A stretch of 64,000 bases of DNA from the NCBI GenBank assembly GCA_044892525.1, contig CM097888.1, positions 34,844,001-34,908,000 of the forward strand, written 5' to 3'. Source of the DNA: Schmidtea polychroa. Taxonomy: Eukaryota. The notes under the pieces were generated by a model. It was not told where the DNA came from. It made no database searches and was given only the letters and a program-made list of their open reading frames with translations. Below, piece by piece: positions 36,500 through 51,196 of the stretch. Every line of letters starts with the position of its first letter. The stretch's first letter is position 1. Made by a program: the position numbers and the translations under genes.

Positions 36500-37670
36500 A
36501 AACATAATTGTATTTTTAATCATTCATCAGCTAGATTAAATACATCTGGTTGAAAATTGTACTCGTTCTGAGTTAATGTTGAATCTTCAAATATCGAATT
36601 AATAAATTCGTTTCGGAATCTCTCACCATAAATAGCATGTTTAGATATATGCCAATCCTCAAAATTCTCCGAAAACCCAGCTGATTGAAAAGAGTTTTTT
36701 ATGTTTTGGATAGACATAGAGCTCCAAGCATTACTAATACAAAGATTCACAAGCCCTTGGTTAAGAGCCTTGGGATTTCTAAGTCTATTCTATTTCCTCG
36801 TAGTTTTTCCAAATATTAATAAAACTGGAAATTCTGTCTTTAAATTCTTTAAAAATTTTAATATCTCTTGCTTGTAAATAGAGGGTTAATTCGTCGGGTA
36901 TTAGCACAAGTTTTATAATTCTTTTTCTGTAGTTCTCTTTTACAAGTTCTGAAATATGAGCACGGCAAGAATCTCATACAATACATTTTCCTTGACTAGT
37001 ATCAAACATTGGAAACATTTAATTTATCAATGCGATTATTAAATCTTGATTTTTCCCATGCTTTTTCTTGTGTAACGCTATAAATATTGTTGAGCGAATT
37101 AATATTTGCAAAATAATTATTTCCTTTGTGAATAGCAAGAGGTACAGCTTTTCTTCCATTAGCCCAAACTCACACAATTACTGTTATTCGCATGGAAGAA
37201 AACTCTGGTGATTTCATTATTACGTGTCTCCGTCCGTTTAAATCAACTGTATGGGTCCTATTATCTTCGAAATAAACAGCTGTTTCATCCATTAACAATG
37301 TTTTCGACAAGGCAACATTAGGGATCGTAGCCCTTAAAAAACCCATATAATTAATGGCATGGGAAATTAACGTATCATCTGATAAATTCGTAAAGTTCGT
37401 TGTTCTTCAAAGTGACAATCCCTTTCTTTTCATGAAACCGTCAATCCAGCGGCCTGAAGCTTTGTTGTCAATATTATTTTGTTTTCCTAATGTAATAGCT
37501 CGATCGGATATGAAAGTTCTAGTAACTTTTATTTTTATTATTCTTAATTCAATAATTTCATCAAAAATTAATTCTTCAAGAGATCCCAGCAAAGTCTTTC
37601 TTCCGCCTCCAGACGCTCTTTTCATCGATGCAGATTGTGCTCTAATTACTTCTTTGTTCTTATGCTACTG
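36500..37670 (-). mobile_element. Degraded pogo/Tigger-like transposase (HTH-CENPB plus DDE_1)
   Basis: RASGGGRK...ASGRWIDGFMKRKGLSL and MDETAVYFED...MRITVI...ANGRK; frameshifted; TIRs not identified. Confidence 0.8.
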
Positions 37671-37679
37671 CTGAAATAT

Positions 37680-38460
37680 AGATTGACTATAATCGGTAAT
37701 GGAAAACCCGAGCCAGTGGGAAGCCGAGCGCAATGAGACCCGAGCAACAAGATAAAAAGAAGAAATATGTTGAGCCCTAATCAAGGATAAATAAATTAAA
37801 ATTATCTAAAAATCATCAAATATTGATTTTGGGTCCCGAGGAAATAATTTAGCACAATTTTCTAGATAATTGGTCTCTTATAAAAAAAGAACTCAGAAGT
37901 GAACAAGCCGCCAGTTGGTCGAAGAAAAGAAAGCTAGAAATTTAGTCAGAGTAACAAGAAAAACCGCGAAGTTAGTTTCAATTGAATAATTTAAATCGAA
38001 CGTACCAGAAAGAGACATCTCCCATTGGAAGATTCATCCCTACTTGAGATTTGCAGTAGTATTGAATGGTGCAAAAAGTGGTTGTATCAAGTGTAGTGGA
38101 ATCAGTAAAAGTGTAATTGTATTAGTCTCAAATAAAGATTTTGTGTTGGGTGTTTAATTTGTTTTCAAAGAACACGAAGGAGTCAGACAGTGATACCGAC
38201 TTGCACCAATACCCAACAAAAGTTAATTAAAAATTTACCGAATTCAATTGAATGATCTCTTCACTAACGAATTTCTGCGGTGCAATTAATTTCCAAAGTT
38301 AAATTCCGATAATATGTTCAATCAATATTGATTGCTGGACAGTTGTTTAGTTTTGAGTGTAACACCACTAGTAGCTGGTTTATTGTGAGCCTTCTCGTTA
38401 AATTAGAATCTAAATCTATCTAATTTTAGTGTCGGTTTATTGTGAGTCTTATTGTCCTTC
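37680..38460 (+). mobile_element. Solo-LTR-like sequence D (approximate)
   Basis: Three CCCGAGC-type units like element C; AATAAAG and GAACACGAAGGAGTCAGA. Abuts and truncates the pogo 5' end. Confidence 0.5.
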
Positions 38461-38979
38461 TTTGTTCAAATTTGTATTACTATTTATATTAATTTAAAGT
38501 TAATAATTCTATTTACAGTAATTATTTAATTACTAAATATATACATATTTAATAAAATACTATTTTTGTTTAATTTCTAAATGTAGTAATTTTTAATTAC
38601 TATTTTTATTCTAATTCTTATTATAGTAATTGTTAACGATCTATTTCTATTTTAAGTAATTATTAAATACTAATAATAATTAATTTTATTTAATTCAAAA
38701 ACTTTCCTAATATATTTAATTCCGGCCCGCACCTAACCCCAACAGTACCACAAGGTAAATCTCCAAGATTTTAAATACTTGCTCTAAAAAGATTTGCATA
38801 AAGTTGTGATGTTTTAAAAATTTGACCAGATTTCAAACCGACTTAATGCATTTACCGTTAGTAGGATGGCGTTTCACAGTTCTCGTATCAGCTAAATCAT
38901 TTCTGTAAAAATTCAGTATTATCTTTAGTTCTTCATTATTTCCATTACCATTTTCATAGTACTGATTGCAGGAAGACAT

Positions 38980-39450
38980 TAGTGGCTTTTAGTAAATAGA
39001 TTAATTGTAGAACAGGTAGAGAATAAAATGGCGTAAAGGGAATTGGAGAAGATTTGAAGAAATTTATTAGTTGACAAATTAAACGAAAAGAAGCTACTTG
39101 AGTATTTGAATAAAGTTGTGAAGAAAGTCAAAGAAAACAACCAACTATATAGTCCTAGTTGATAAACCAATCAGTAGTTAGTGATTTTCCAATCCGGTGT
39201 TATACACAAGTGCTATTCCTCACTGAGTGTTGCAAAAAGCATTGTAGTCACCAAGCAGAATGTTGAATTGATTGTCAAATGTTATTTGTGGGTCAGTCAA
39301 AGAAAGCTTTGGAGTCAGAGTAAGAACTTTAAATTTATCACCAATCCAATAACCCAACAAATATATCGTTTTATTACCAAAAGATAATCGAATAAATCGC
39401 ATTGGAAATTTCAAGATAAAAAAGAAAACTTCAGATAATTGCCAATTTGA
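38980..39450 (+). mobile_element. Solo-LTR-like sequence E (approximate)
   Basis: TGTTATTTGTGGGTCA and GGAGTCAGAGTAA shared with B and C; CACCAAT..ACCCAACAAA shared with D. Confidence 0.45.
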
Positions 39451-39781
39451 TCCAACTAGGATTTAGAGAGGCAAATTAACGGAATTGGAAAATGAGTTGT
39501 GAAAATGTGAAAGTAAATATGGTGAAAATATATGCGTTGGGTAATTTCGTTAGTAATTATATGTTCCATTAAGTGCACGACAAATCGGTAATTATTTAAA
39601 AATCTAATAAATTTTTAGATTGGAAAACAATAATAAACAAAATAACATTGGAAAATATTCAAAAACATAAAAGCAGGTAAAACAAATAACAAATCACCCA
39701 ATTTCAATATTTAATAATTCAATAATTTAAATGGCATTTTATCGATTTGAAAAGTTGACAAACAACCAAATTGCAATTAAA

Positions 39782-40140
39782 TCAATAATTATGATCGGTT
39801 TTGACGCGATGGAAATATTTGACCAGAGAATTAAGTGCATATATACAGTTGGTATCGTGCTCTGTGATCGGTAATACATGAGTGAAATCGATCAGTTTTA
39901 CTAGCACTTCTGAATCATGATATCCATTTATTTCTTCTCCCTCACACCATTTTCTGTCATCAATTTTATAATAATTATTGTTTGTACTGGCACTTTCAAA
40001 GGCCATTAAAATCGATGACGCTATGAATCCCATTTGTTTTTGATGATTGAACCATTCGAGAAGTTTTTGTAAGTTTATGATGAATTGATTAGCAAGATAT
40101 TTGGCTCGATTGTGATCGGGACCCAAAAACATTTTAATTC
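39782..40140 (-). CDS. IPMK: Inositol polyphosphate multikinase, last exon
   Basis: tttag|GA acceptor at 40141; ASSILMAF (SSLL motif) and VKLIDFTH (IDF motif); TAA stop. Confidence 0.92.
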
Positions 40141-40780
40141 CTAAATTTCAATAAATTACGTAATATTTTTTTATATTAAGTCATCCAATTTATCAGTAAT
40201 ACGCATAATGCTCACAATTAGTAGGTAGTCTGACAAAGGAAAGGATTGTTTCATAAATGAAAATATTAATTATTTAACATTTTTTATTTATTAACATTTT
40301 TATACTAAGTAATCATCGTTTTCTTTTACCGAAATGACTGGTTCAAACATACATTGTAATTACGGAGATTAGAGAATGAAAAGATAGTTTCCGCGATTTT
40401 CGTTTACTAATCTTAGAAATAATTTATTAACAAAAATAAATTTTAAATTATAATAAATGTAAATTAGAGTAAAAATGCTGTAAAATTCCCTGTGAAGTTT
40501 TGGTGATAATTTCTTTTTGGTCATATAGATTCTGATGTTTATTGAGTCTAAAATAGCACAATACACTTATTTAATAATAATTTTATTTCTTTTCAGATTA
40601 TAACTTGCTATTTTTATTTATTTAACACGAAATTGTGTTTTATATAAATTATTGATTTGTTAAATGAGTTTCTAAAATAGTTTTAAATATATAAGTTAGA
40701 ATTCCAAAATCAAATCTTACATATACGAATCATATACAATTTAATATTTATCGATATCCATTTCGAACAGAATATTAATA

Positions 40781-41285
40781 CACTTGCATCGTTAAGTGGG
40801 ACCGTAGAAAGACGACGTAAATCGAAATCATTTATCGTATGTGTTTATACCAGTTTTTCATTAATTGGTATCTTGTAGTAAATATCATGAAAAAAACCAA
40901 ATATTATTAATAACAACATGTTTTATATAAGTGCATGAATATCAACAAAAACTTTAATTCATTATAAATTAAAACAGTAAATTAAATAAAAAAACTTAAA
41001 AAATTATTAAATTAAAACAAAAGTTCGCTAAATTCATAAAAATTATAAATTTTACATGTGATAATTTTTTAAATCCTTTAATTCATTTTAAACTTAAAGA
41101 CCTCATATTGTTGCACATTGTTGCGTGATTAATCTTTTTTGTTTGATCAAAATAAATTTTATTTGCCGTCCCTGAAAATTTTACATCTTAAAAAATTATT
41201 AAAATTTAACAATGCAAATTGAAACTTTAACGACGCAACTTTGGAAACGACGCCAATCGGAACGACAGAAATCGAGGTTTAGGTG
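40781..41285. mobile_element. Second copy of the CACCTAAACCTCGA-TIR MITE (left TIR partly deleted)
   Basis: Internal sequence is colinear with 11032-11484; right end ATCGAGGTTTAGGTG|TA. Confidence 0.88.
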
Positions 41286-42615
41286 TATTTGTGTTAAGCA
41301 GATAAAATATAATCTGTAATGAAAAACAATTCTGATTTGCAATTAATAAATCATATAAAAACATCAATTTTGTTAGAGGTTATTATTGATATTATCAATA
41401 ACTTTACAACGTACAATTTAAATTTAAACTGAAGCAAATTCAAAATTTACTTTATTTTATTTAATTTAGTTTATTGACACAAGAATTTGGCAATTTCTTC
41501 AAAAATTACAACAATAAAATTTGCGAATTCATCTGTTCATTAAATAAAAACATTCTGTCTGTCTATTTCATTCAATGCAAAATTTGTATTATCCATTTGT
41601 ATTATAAGTCATTCAAATTCCTTGTATTTTAATTTTTGTAATTATTTTAATAATTGATATTTTCAAAATTGAGCTAATATTTATTTCATATCTAAGAGCA
41701 ACAATTACAATATTGAAATTTGTAAAAAAAGGCTATAATTAGAAGCATTTAAATAAGTAAGACCTTAGATATACATGAATTAGATTTGGTTGTCAAATTA
41801 TATAAATGTCGCCTGTTAGATATTTACTACCATCATTGATGAATTTATTTTTGAAAAATTTTTAAAAACTTACTGGAAAGGAGAAAGTTTTTTTATATAT
41901 ATATATTTTTATATGAATTATTATGCAAAACGATTTTGGGAAGAAAATAACTGGTCGATTTAATAAAAAATGGCAGTACAGTAGTAAGCGAGCTTTTATA
42001 ACCGACCTTTTGATAACTAAACCAGCTGAAGTATGCAATAAGAATTTTTCAAATGATTCTTTGGAGATTTCAGGTGAAAGACAATATCTAGTCAATAAAA
42101 GATAAAAAAACGAAATTTTATTTGTAAAAACATTAATGACTATAATTTTTATAATTGTATACTATACTACTATTTCGCGCTACGTTTTTTACGAAAGTTA
42201 TTTGAATTGGGAAATTCAATATAAAACTTTCAAATATCAGAAATAGTGATTGATAGAAAAAAGAAACAAGAGAATTTACAATTGCATTCACTATTCTGAA
42301 CAAATATCAATTATTATTTTATTTTTAAAAAAGAAATCGAAAATTCATTATCATAATTTTCTATGACATCGAAAATGTTACGGTGTAACATAATTCAACG
42401 AAATTTCACCAAGATGTTCAGAATGAAAAATAATAGTGAACAGTAAAAATTTTTATGAGTTTTCACTCACAGGGTCTATGGAATGTTGGATATTATCTTT
42501 TTAATAAACACAATATAGGTCTGCGATAAATAACCACTACAATATCCAATTTTTTTAATTTCACGGAAGGAAAACTATTTGCTTATTTATGTTATAATTG
42601 CAATAATATATATAT

Positions 42616-42877
42616 CAGCGATGGCGAACCTTTTTGACAAGGGTGTCATTTTTTGAAAATATCAACATAAGAGTCAAGTATTATTTTAGTTATTAAAAAT
42701 TTAACAAAAATTCATGTAAATATATGATTTTATTTATTATACATTAAATAGATAGATATTCGAACACATTCGTGTGATTATTATTTTATAACTAAAAAAA
42801 CAAAACAACTTCTGGGTCACTTGAATTCGTTGAATTGGTCAGTGTGTGACCCGTGGGTCGTACGTTCGCCGTCGCTG
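42616..42877. mobile_element. hAT-type MITE, 262 bp
   Basis: TIR CAGCGA(T/C)GGCGAAC; 8-bp TSD ATATATAT / ATATAGAT. Confidence 0.85.
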
Positions 42878-43378
42878 ATATAGATTGATAAAAACATAAT
42901 GATATTGATTGATGACAAACAAACGTACGTCTTTTGCTTATTTATACTAATTATATAATTTAATATATCCCTTACATTGACATTAATTCAAATCCCAGAA
43001 ATCTAAAGTGCCATTATTGACGAACAATTCTTTTATATGATAAAAACAGATTGTTCAAAAGTGCGATTGGAGTAAAAAGTTGTTTGTGTAACAAATGTTT
43101 GCAAAAATTTATTAAACACTAATTATAATATTGCAGCTAATGCATATATAATGTTTACATAATTAAGAGAATTCAGGACTAGATATTCTAATCATAATGA
43201 AAATATGACCGTTAGATATTAGAAAATAATAATCTACTTAAATAATTATACTATTAATAAATTTTAGCATTTTTATTGGTAGGATACCTGATTTCGATGT
43301 TAATTCAGAACTGAAAATTTGGAATAAAAATATTTATAAGAATTGAATAAATTAATGATTTTTAAAAAAGATACCAAC

Positions 43379-43454
43379 CTTTTGTATAAACTTCGTCCTG
43401 ATTCAAACTTCTGCCGTGATATCTGTCAAAGAATAGTGATTTTGGTTCGTGTAC
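43379..43454 (-). CDS. IPMK: IPMK internal 76-nt exon (VHEPKSLFFDRYHGRSLNQDEVYTKG)
   Basis: taag| acceptor and G|gttgg donor. Phase 0 in and phase 1 out match the neighbouring exons exactly; conserved GRSL. Confidence 0.85.
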
Positions 43455-43679
43455 CTTAAAAAAAACTTCAAGGTTTGAAAAATGCGCATTAAAAATATTG
43501 AAAAATACAGCCACAATTCCTTTGGAATATAAGGATATTTCACAAAATATTAGGGAATTCTTTTAATCATAAACATATCAAAAATCCTTAGTTAAAAATG
43601 TATTTTTTTATAAATTTGCGAGGAAAAAGTTGATTATATATATATATATATATATAGTCATTTGTTAGTTACTGTTTTC

Positions 43680-44430
43680 GAAGTGAAGAAATGAACCTTG
43701 GATACAAGGAAGGTTACGGCTGCATTTCTGTTTTTACCGACGACCAATTCAAGACAATAATCGAAGCTGACCAACTCAAATAAATGCAACAAGTAGAAGA
43801 GGAAGTCAACATTGATCATTCCACCATCGTTCTTTATTTGAAAATTGAAGAAACCTGACAGGTGGGCACCGCATGAATTGAACTAGAACCGTACTTCAGT
43901 CGAATAGTGATGTGTGATGAAAAATGGATTTTTTACGATAACAGAATGTGTCTTATCAATGGTTGGAAAAGAATGAAGTACCGAAACACTTTCCAAAACA
44001 AAAGTTCCATCAAACGATGGTCATAGCGACAATACTAAAGACAGTATTCACTATACCATCACAGCAGCTAAGTAACCCAATGTAATCAATGAAATGAATC
44101 AGAAACTTTGACTCCTTTGTCCGGCATTGGTTAACAGAAAGAGGCCCAATTCTTTTGCAATACAACGCTCAGCCACAAGTCACATACATGGCTAACACTA
44201 TTTAAGCTTAATTAATTTGGGCCAACATATTCATCTGATTTCTCACCAACCGATTACCACAATTTTAAACATTAATTTTATGTTAACGGAATAAATAACC
44301 TTTTACCTCGTTGGCAAATGTATAAAATCTAATGGTTCTTATTTTGATTAACAAAATTCAGTATAAATCAAATTACAGCGTTTCAAAATTTATAGTAAAA
44401 AAACCCACATTATTTGCTACAAACCTAATA
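43680..44430 (+). mobile_element. Degraded mariner element next to a (TA)n tract
   Basis: Fragments IDHSTIV, WAPHEL, RIVMCDEKWIFYDN and SSDFSPTDYH; mariner-like right TIR ...TTATTTGCTACAAACCTAATA. Confidence 0.8.
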
Positions 44431-45996
44431 TTTTAATAAATAATATTGATGTATATTAAGATTTGAGGTCTAACTGAAAGATATTGAAGTGCATACAAAC
44501 CTTGAATAATTTTTTTTTCTATTATAACCTTAATTATATTGACTTTAATTTAATTTTAACCCTTTTGACCCAATACATAGTATATTTTATAGTATTTTTT
44601 TGCTAATAATTTGAATTTTTTTCAATCTGTTATTAATTTATAATGTATTGTTCAGACAGATGATCTCACTATAAATTACCAACGGGATTATATATCTCAA
44701 AATATATAATACCTGGTTAATAAAATAACTCGATTTGAGGATTGTTAATGCTTTAAAATGGTCACATTGTAAGTCCAGAAAATGTGAATTAAAAGGATAA
44801 CAACCTACAAGAGTATTACCAAAATTACTACAATAAAAGAATTTTAAATATCAAATGAAATTATGCGAACTTCAGACCGAAAATTGAGAAATATTGAGCT
44901 CTAAATAATTTCTATATTAAGATATATATCTCTGAGCATGTGTTTTCTCATTAGAATTTCATAAGAACAATATACAGAAAGAGTATGAAAGACACGAGAC
45001 TGAAACATATACTTCGGCTAGCAACCACAAATATCGGTATAGCTCCACAAGAAAGTATCGCTCAGCAACTGTGGCTACAATGTTCCTATTACATTTATGA
45101 CATATTTCATATGGTTTATTATTCCATTACTAGTTCTGTTTAAATAAAATAAATTTTGAAATGAAATTAACTTAGTTTTCAATTAATTATATTCTATCGA
45201 CTATTCTATTGCTATAATACTCATTATATATTTAACGAGCAAAACATCTGCAAAGTAAATATTGGCTCTCAGTCTTGAAGAAATTAGACAACTTTGATAC
45301 ATTTTATACACATAATATTTAAAATTATTAAAAAACATATTTCACACGCAATAATATTTAATCATATACCTACTAAACTATAATTACTCTGTTTTTCCAC
45401 CATAAATCGCACTCAACTAATTGATATTCTTACAAAAATGTTTTCACTACATCCAACAAGCCGCGTCATGTATTGCAAAAATTTATACTTAAATAGTATT
45501 ATTTATTATAGAAAAAATCATTTAAAAATTGTCTTATGAATTCCGAACAAAATCCGTCGGTTATACCTTTTTTTATAATGCATTGATTTTTATAATTTAT
45601 TTTACTAAAGAGATAAGAGATAATTTAGGGGTTTGACTTATATAGGAGATGTTACCATTTGATCACATTGGGAACTTTGTCTAAGGTGTACTTTTTACGT
45701 TTTTTGATTGATAACTCTGGGACAAATTGTGTTAAATACTATTTTTAAAAAAATTCTCAAACAAATTAATAATTTTTTTATGTATTGTTATTTTTAAATA
45801 CACGTGTAAATATTTTTAATATTTTCAATTAACACCAGAAGCTCTGTAACTAATAATAGATATGAATTATTTTGGTTTAAAACTTCTATCTAATCGCTCA
45901 TCAGACATATAAAGGTATTAATGTATTTATAAATAATAATTTAATTATATATTTATAAATGAAATAAATAGTTAAACATACATGGCAGTGATTTAA

Positions 45997-46413
45997 TTAT
46001 AAGATAACGCCAATCAAACATTCTTTTCATGATATATTTCGACGGTTTTCCTGTCATCATCAGGTGGGATATTATATTATAAAATTTTAGCATTCAGAAT
46101 TTAATTTAATAATTTAAAATTTATTAATTATTTAATTTAACACAACAATTAATACATACAAATACAATAATTAATAAAATTTTTTAAATTATTAAATTAA
46201 ATTCTGAATGCTAAAATTTTAAAAATAATATATTAATTTAATTATAATTTTTAAAAATAATTAAATGTTTTTATTAAATAAAAAAGTTTTTATATAATTA
46301 ATAAATTTGTTTAAAATCCTTAATTTACATAGTTATTATATCCCACCTGATCATGACAAGAAAACTGTCGAAATATATTGTGAAAAGAATGTTTGATTGG
46401 CGTTATCTTATAA
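45997..46413. mobile_element. Foldback MITE with long imperfect inverted arms
   Basis: TTATAAGATAACGCCAATCAAACATTCTTTTCA... is mirrored at 46381-46413, and inner AAAATTTTAGCATTCAGAATT is also mirrored. Confidence 0.82.
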
Positions 46414-47375
46414 ATAAAAGCTGACAATTTTAATTTTCAAATATTTTATTTCACAAATAATAAATAGCCAAACAAATTATGCAAGCAATTGTTAATAGTA
46501 AATACCCTTTTTAAGATTAAAGTTAATTAATTTTATTATTTGCTAAATGAAAATTATCAGTAAAATCTTTTATATATTACCCATTGATTGACTATTTACA
46601 TTTTCTATTTTCTTCATTACAGATTATAGATCAATATTTTCTTTTTTCTTCAAATCTATAATCTTAAATGAAGAAAAAATTTTGAAAATTATCATAGAAT
46701 TATATCTACAACATAAATAATAAATTTATACTGAGATAACTAATTTATTGAAAAAGAAGTTAATTGAATCAATTTCCGAATATGGACACTATTTACAAAG
46801 AACAATCCATTAAATACCTATTTATACTATTAAAAAAATAAATAGGAAAGTGGGGAAATAATCATGAATTGCAAAAATAATAGAAACTTTTTTAAATTAT
46901 TACATATGATGATTTTTAATCTATCAATAAAATCTTTTATTTTTTTGGTCACCTTTAATCTGTTTTCATTTTTTGATATTTCATTTATTTTTATTATGAC
47001 AAAAGATAAAAAATTAATTGCTGACTGATTGACATAATGAAAATAAATGAAATATCAAATTCAGATTCCTTTCACCGTTCACGAATACTAAAAAAGAAAA
47101 ATTTTTAAAAATCAAGTATACAAATAGTTAGTAATAGAAGTTTAAATCAGAATATATTTTGATCATTACTGTGCCAGGAAGTAAGAAATATAATATACAA
47201 AATTAAAAAAGGAAAAAATGAAGCTAGCGAAATTTATTGTAAAGGAAAAACCAGTGTTGAAAAAATCATCATTTTTCGAAACTCTTCTATAATACGACTA
47301 TATCCAACCAAAAGCTACGGAAGAAAATCACAAATTTTCGAAAAGAAACTTAAATTCAATTCAAATGCTCTTTAA

Positions 47376-48030
47376 CCCCTTAACGCACATGTACGAGCGT
47401 AACTCGGGTAAGTGTTACTGGCAAATTTGTGCATGCCAGAAAGAGATTCAGGTGTATGAAATATAAAGTTTTGTTTAAGATTCATTAACGATTATATCTC
47501 GGGCAGTGTAATAAATTAATGAAAAAGAAGCCGAGATGTTAATTTGTAACGTAACCTTGAAGGGCGGGTTGTTCTTATCTTGGTTTATGATTATGTCTCC
47601 TGAGCTAGCCGATTACCTTAGTTCTCATAAAACAGATATTTTTGGAACCATGTGGGTACACAGAAAAGAAGTACCAAGTCAAATACAAAAGGCGAAATTG
47701 AAAAAATGGGAGATTATCGCATTCCAGAGAGGTAAGATAATAGTAATGAAATGGCGGGGTAAGAAGGATATTTGCTTATTATCAACTGTGTACAATCCCG
47801 AGAAAGTTAGAACAGATACAACTGGTAAATATTAAAAAAAACCAGTAAAGATATTATGAAATCTAAAGTTGTTGTTGATTAATAATTTATATTCATTTTG
47901 ACTATAATTTTGACTATTTTGAATATTAAAAATAATATTTTTGCATTGACATAGGTCTATATACTAATTATCAATAATAAAAAAAAGATTTATTTTTGCC
48001 GTTGTATAAAAAAAAACGTGCGTTAAGGGG
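47376..48030 (+). mobile_element. Non-autonomous piggyBac (internal deletion)
   Basis: TTAA TSDs; TIR CCCCTTAACGCAC / GTGCGTTAAGGGG; transposase fragment GTMWVHRK...MKWRGKKDICLLST. Confidence 0.92.
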
Positions 48031-50066
48031 TTAATGGCAACATATTTTGTGTATGGTTTTTGAATTTTCAATCTTTCATGGAATAGGATATTTTTAACAA
48101 AGTAAGATCAAGATAAAGTTGACAATGCATAAATTGTAGCTTTTTACTGAACATGAATTTGAACAGAAATATTGGTCTGATAAAAATTATGTAATAACAT
48201 TGAATTTTATATAGAATGCTAGAAAATCTTTAAAATAACAAAAAAATTATGTGTGACCAACGCACGAACGTATATACGACGATAATTATACAATTAGATT
48301 TTACTGATATGAAAAAAATTACTACCCGTGACGAGTAAATGTTTTTCATGTATGAGTATATTATCAAAGAATCTTTGCAATATAAGCGGTTAGTTCCCAT
48401 AGGAAGTGTTTTTATTTGGCGGAAGTAGTTGTCACTGACAGAATTGAATAAATACTTGAAATGTTTTAGTTTAATGCTGATAATGAAGTGAATAACTATT
48501 AAGCAAAAGAATTATCAAAATTAGCTTTATATAAATGATTTAAATAAAATATTATGTGATATATAGTGACTCCTTTTATTTTTGTATTTTTTACTACATC
48601 TCACAATGTTTATAGTAAGTTTTGATCCCTTCAATTTTTAAATTTGTAAATAAAGTAAGATCATATGAAATTAGGCCGGGTAGGTTAATTTACAATTATT
48701 TGTGGATATTTAGATTTCAGCAATGGATCGGTAGTACAGATCTTTACTAGCACAATACACTTCAGCTGCAATTGCGAACCAACATTGGAGCATTTCATAT
48801 TAAACTATATCTAAATACATTAACAAAGATAATGTTGAGAATCTCAAGAAAAAATTGATCTGAATTCTCGTATTTCATTGAGTGTCCTCAAACGAAACAT
48901 GAAAATCGCCTTCTAGTAATTGGCGTTTATGCAAGACTCTAATTGCAGGACTCAAGAGGTACTAATTGTCACCTACCGATTATAAATAGAAGAAATTCGT
49001 AAGTGTAATTTGAGGTTCTTAAAGCATGACAAGATATAGATCCCCTAATGCACGACGAATTTTAAGATTTATATAATTCAGATGCAGGAAACGTTTACCA
49101 GCGCTAACTAAATTCATGAACAAATAATCACCTTGTTAATCCGAAGCATCCGATCATCAACAATTTCAAATACAGATATTCATTAGGATATAATGCATAT
49201 CTAATGCACTATTATTTTTTACAAAAAAAGAATCGATTCGACTTTTTATTACAAAGTAATTTTCAGAATTTCTCATTACTCTTCTCTCTGTCACACGAAA
49301 ATAATAATTTCCCAACATTCTGCTTCTTATTTATACTAAGAATTCCTTTTCCTCAAAGGCGATTGGCTCAATTAACTCGGTCCACAAAAATTCTTGAAAA
49401 TGTATCTCTATTTTTATCCTCACTACTCAATATTAACAATCATTTTTAACAATCATTTATATTTTACTTAACTGTCGATTTAATATCGCTTATAAACTCA
49501 TTAATTATTTCTTTTTTTAGTTTGATTTTAATTATTATTTAAGATATTAATTACTATTATTAGTAACCATATTTGTAAATTCATTTTCTGCTTTATTATC
49601 AAATTAATCACTGTTTAAGACCTTATGGCAATATTGCTAACACTCAATAGAAATTACTAAATATATGTTGTGACCAGAGGGTAAAATTTTATTATTTAAT
49701 ATTTTAGAGTTTGTATTTCTATTCACGTCGGTGAAGACTTATCAAACTATGTTCTATATAGAATTTATCTCATGGAGCACAGTATTTCTTGATGATGTAA
49801 TTCATTCTGACATCCTTAATTAACAATGACCATTTCAGTTAAGACTAATTTTAAACAAAAGGATCAAGTATTCAAAATAATTCATAAATCTCTGAATTTC
49901 AGAGTTTTGGAGCTCAAATTTTTTAAGTAAGAATTTTGAATATATTTTCAGACTTTGGAGTGAAATAGTCTTTTAGCCTCATATTCCCAATGATAACATT
50001 GGCATTTTAATAATAAATTTTAGATGGAAATTTCGCTAAAAAATATAATTTAATACAAAAACTAAC

Positions 50067-50245
50067 TTTAATTCCAGTAATTAGAAAGCCAACTGATTCT
50101 CTCCATTTATATTTTTCTATTTCTGTATTCTTTTTCTCAGGTGACACAGTTGGTTCGTAACTCACTCTTCCAATTTTTACATCTGCTACTGATGGTAGTT
50201 TAAATTGATAAAGCAAATCTTCGATTCCAATGTACAAATCTTCTT
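50067..50245 (-). CDS. IPMK: IPMK internal exon (PxxxDxKxG motif)
   Basis: KEDLYIGIEDLLYQFKLPSVADVKIGRVSYEP...GFLITGIK; ttag| acceptor and |gttag donor. Confidence 0.92.
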
Positions 50246-51196
50246 CTAATAATTATGTTCATATTAAAAATATTTGAAATTTATTAAAAAATTAATTGCA
50301 TAAGTAAACGGTAGTTGAGGACCAAACTACAACTCAATTACCAAATAAACTATTAATAAAATTTAAAAAAATAAAATACAATACGGACATTTAAAATATG
50401 CGGCATATCATTTATTTGATGATGTACCGTTATATTCAATTATAAAATTTATAAAATCGAAAGATCGTATACAATTAACAAATCAACACCTCTAAAAATG
50501 GATAAGGAATTCCATTACTAATTACGAGCCAAATTCTAAATATTTACTTTCTAACTTACAAATACACAAATGAACTACAAAACAATAAGAACCAAATGTT
50601 TTATTTAGCGGACTTATTTGGAAAATTTAATGACGTCAAAACAAAGCTGGAAGGAAAAGATGTAACAATTATCCAAGCTTGGACAAGAAATATTATATTT
50701 ATTACTACGTAAGGATTATCAGTATTTTTCAAATCTGTGAAAATTAGAAATAAAAGAAAACTTGAAAATATATACAAGTCGTCTGCAAGATTGAATAATC
50801 TAGCAATTGATTAAGGAATGTACAATTGTTTTACAATGTAAGGATGTACAATGCAAGTACAATGACTAAGGAATATGCACTGTGAGGCGTTTTTTAATTT
50901 GTATTAAAATGATGGTATGATGTTGTGCATGTTTGATTGTATGTTGAAATCCTTACATATACATTAATTATTATTTTTTAGAAACATTATTTGTATTTTA
51001 GAAATAATATTTGTATTTTAATAATAAACATGTTAATATAATTTGTGTTATGGATTCTTTTAATACCCGTATCTGTGTGGTTAATATGTACAATTTTAAA
51101 ATTCCATGTGACCACTTATTAATATGGAAAGTGATATGCTTAATTTAAACTTAAGATAATTTGCGAAATTAAATCAATAATAAATGAAATATAAAT

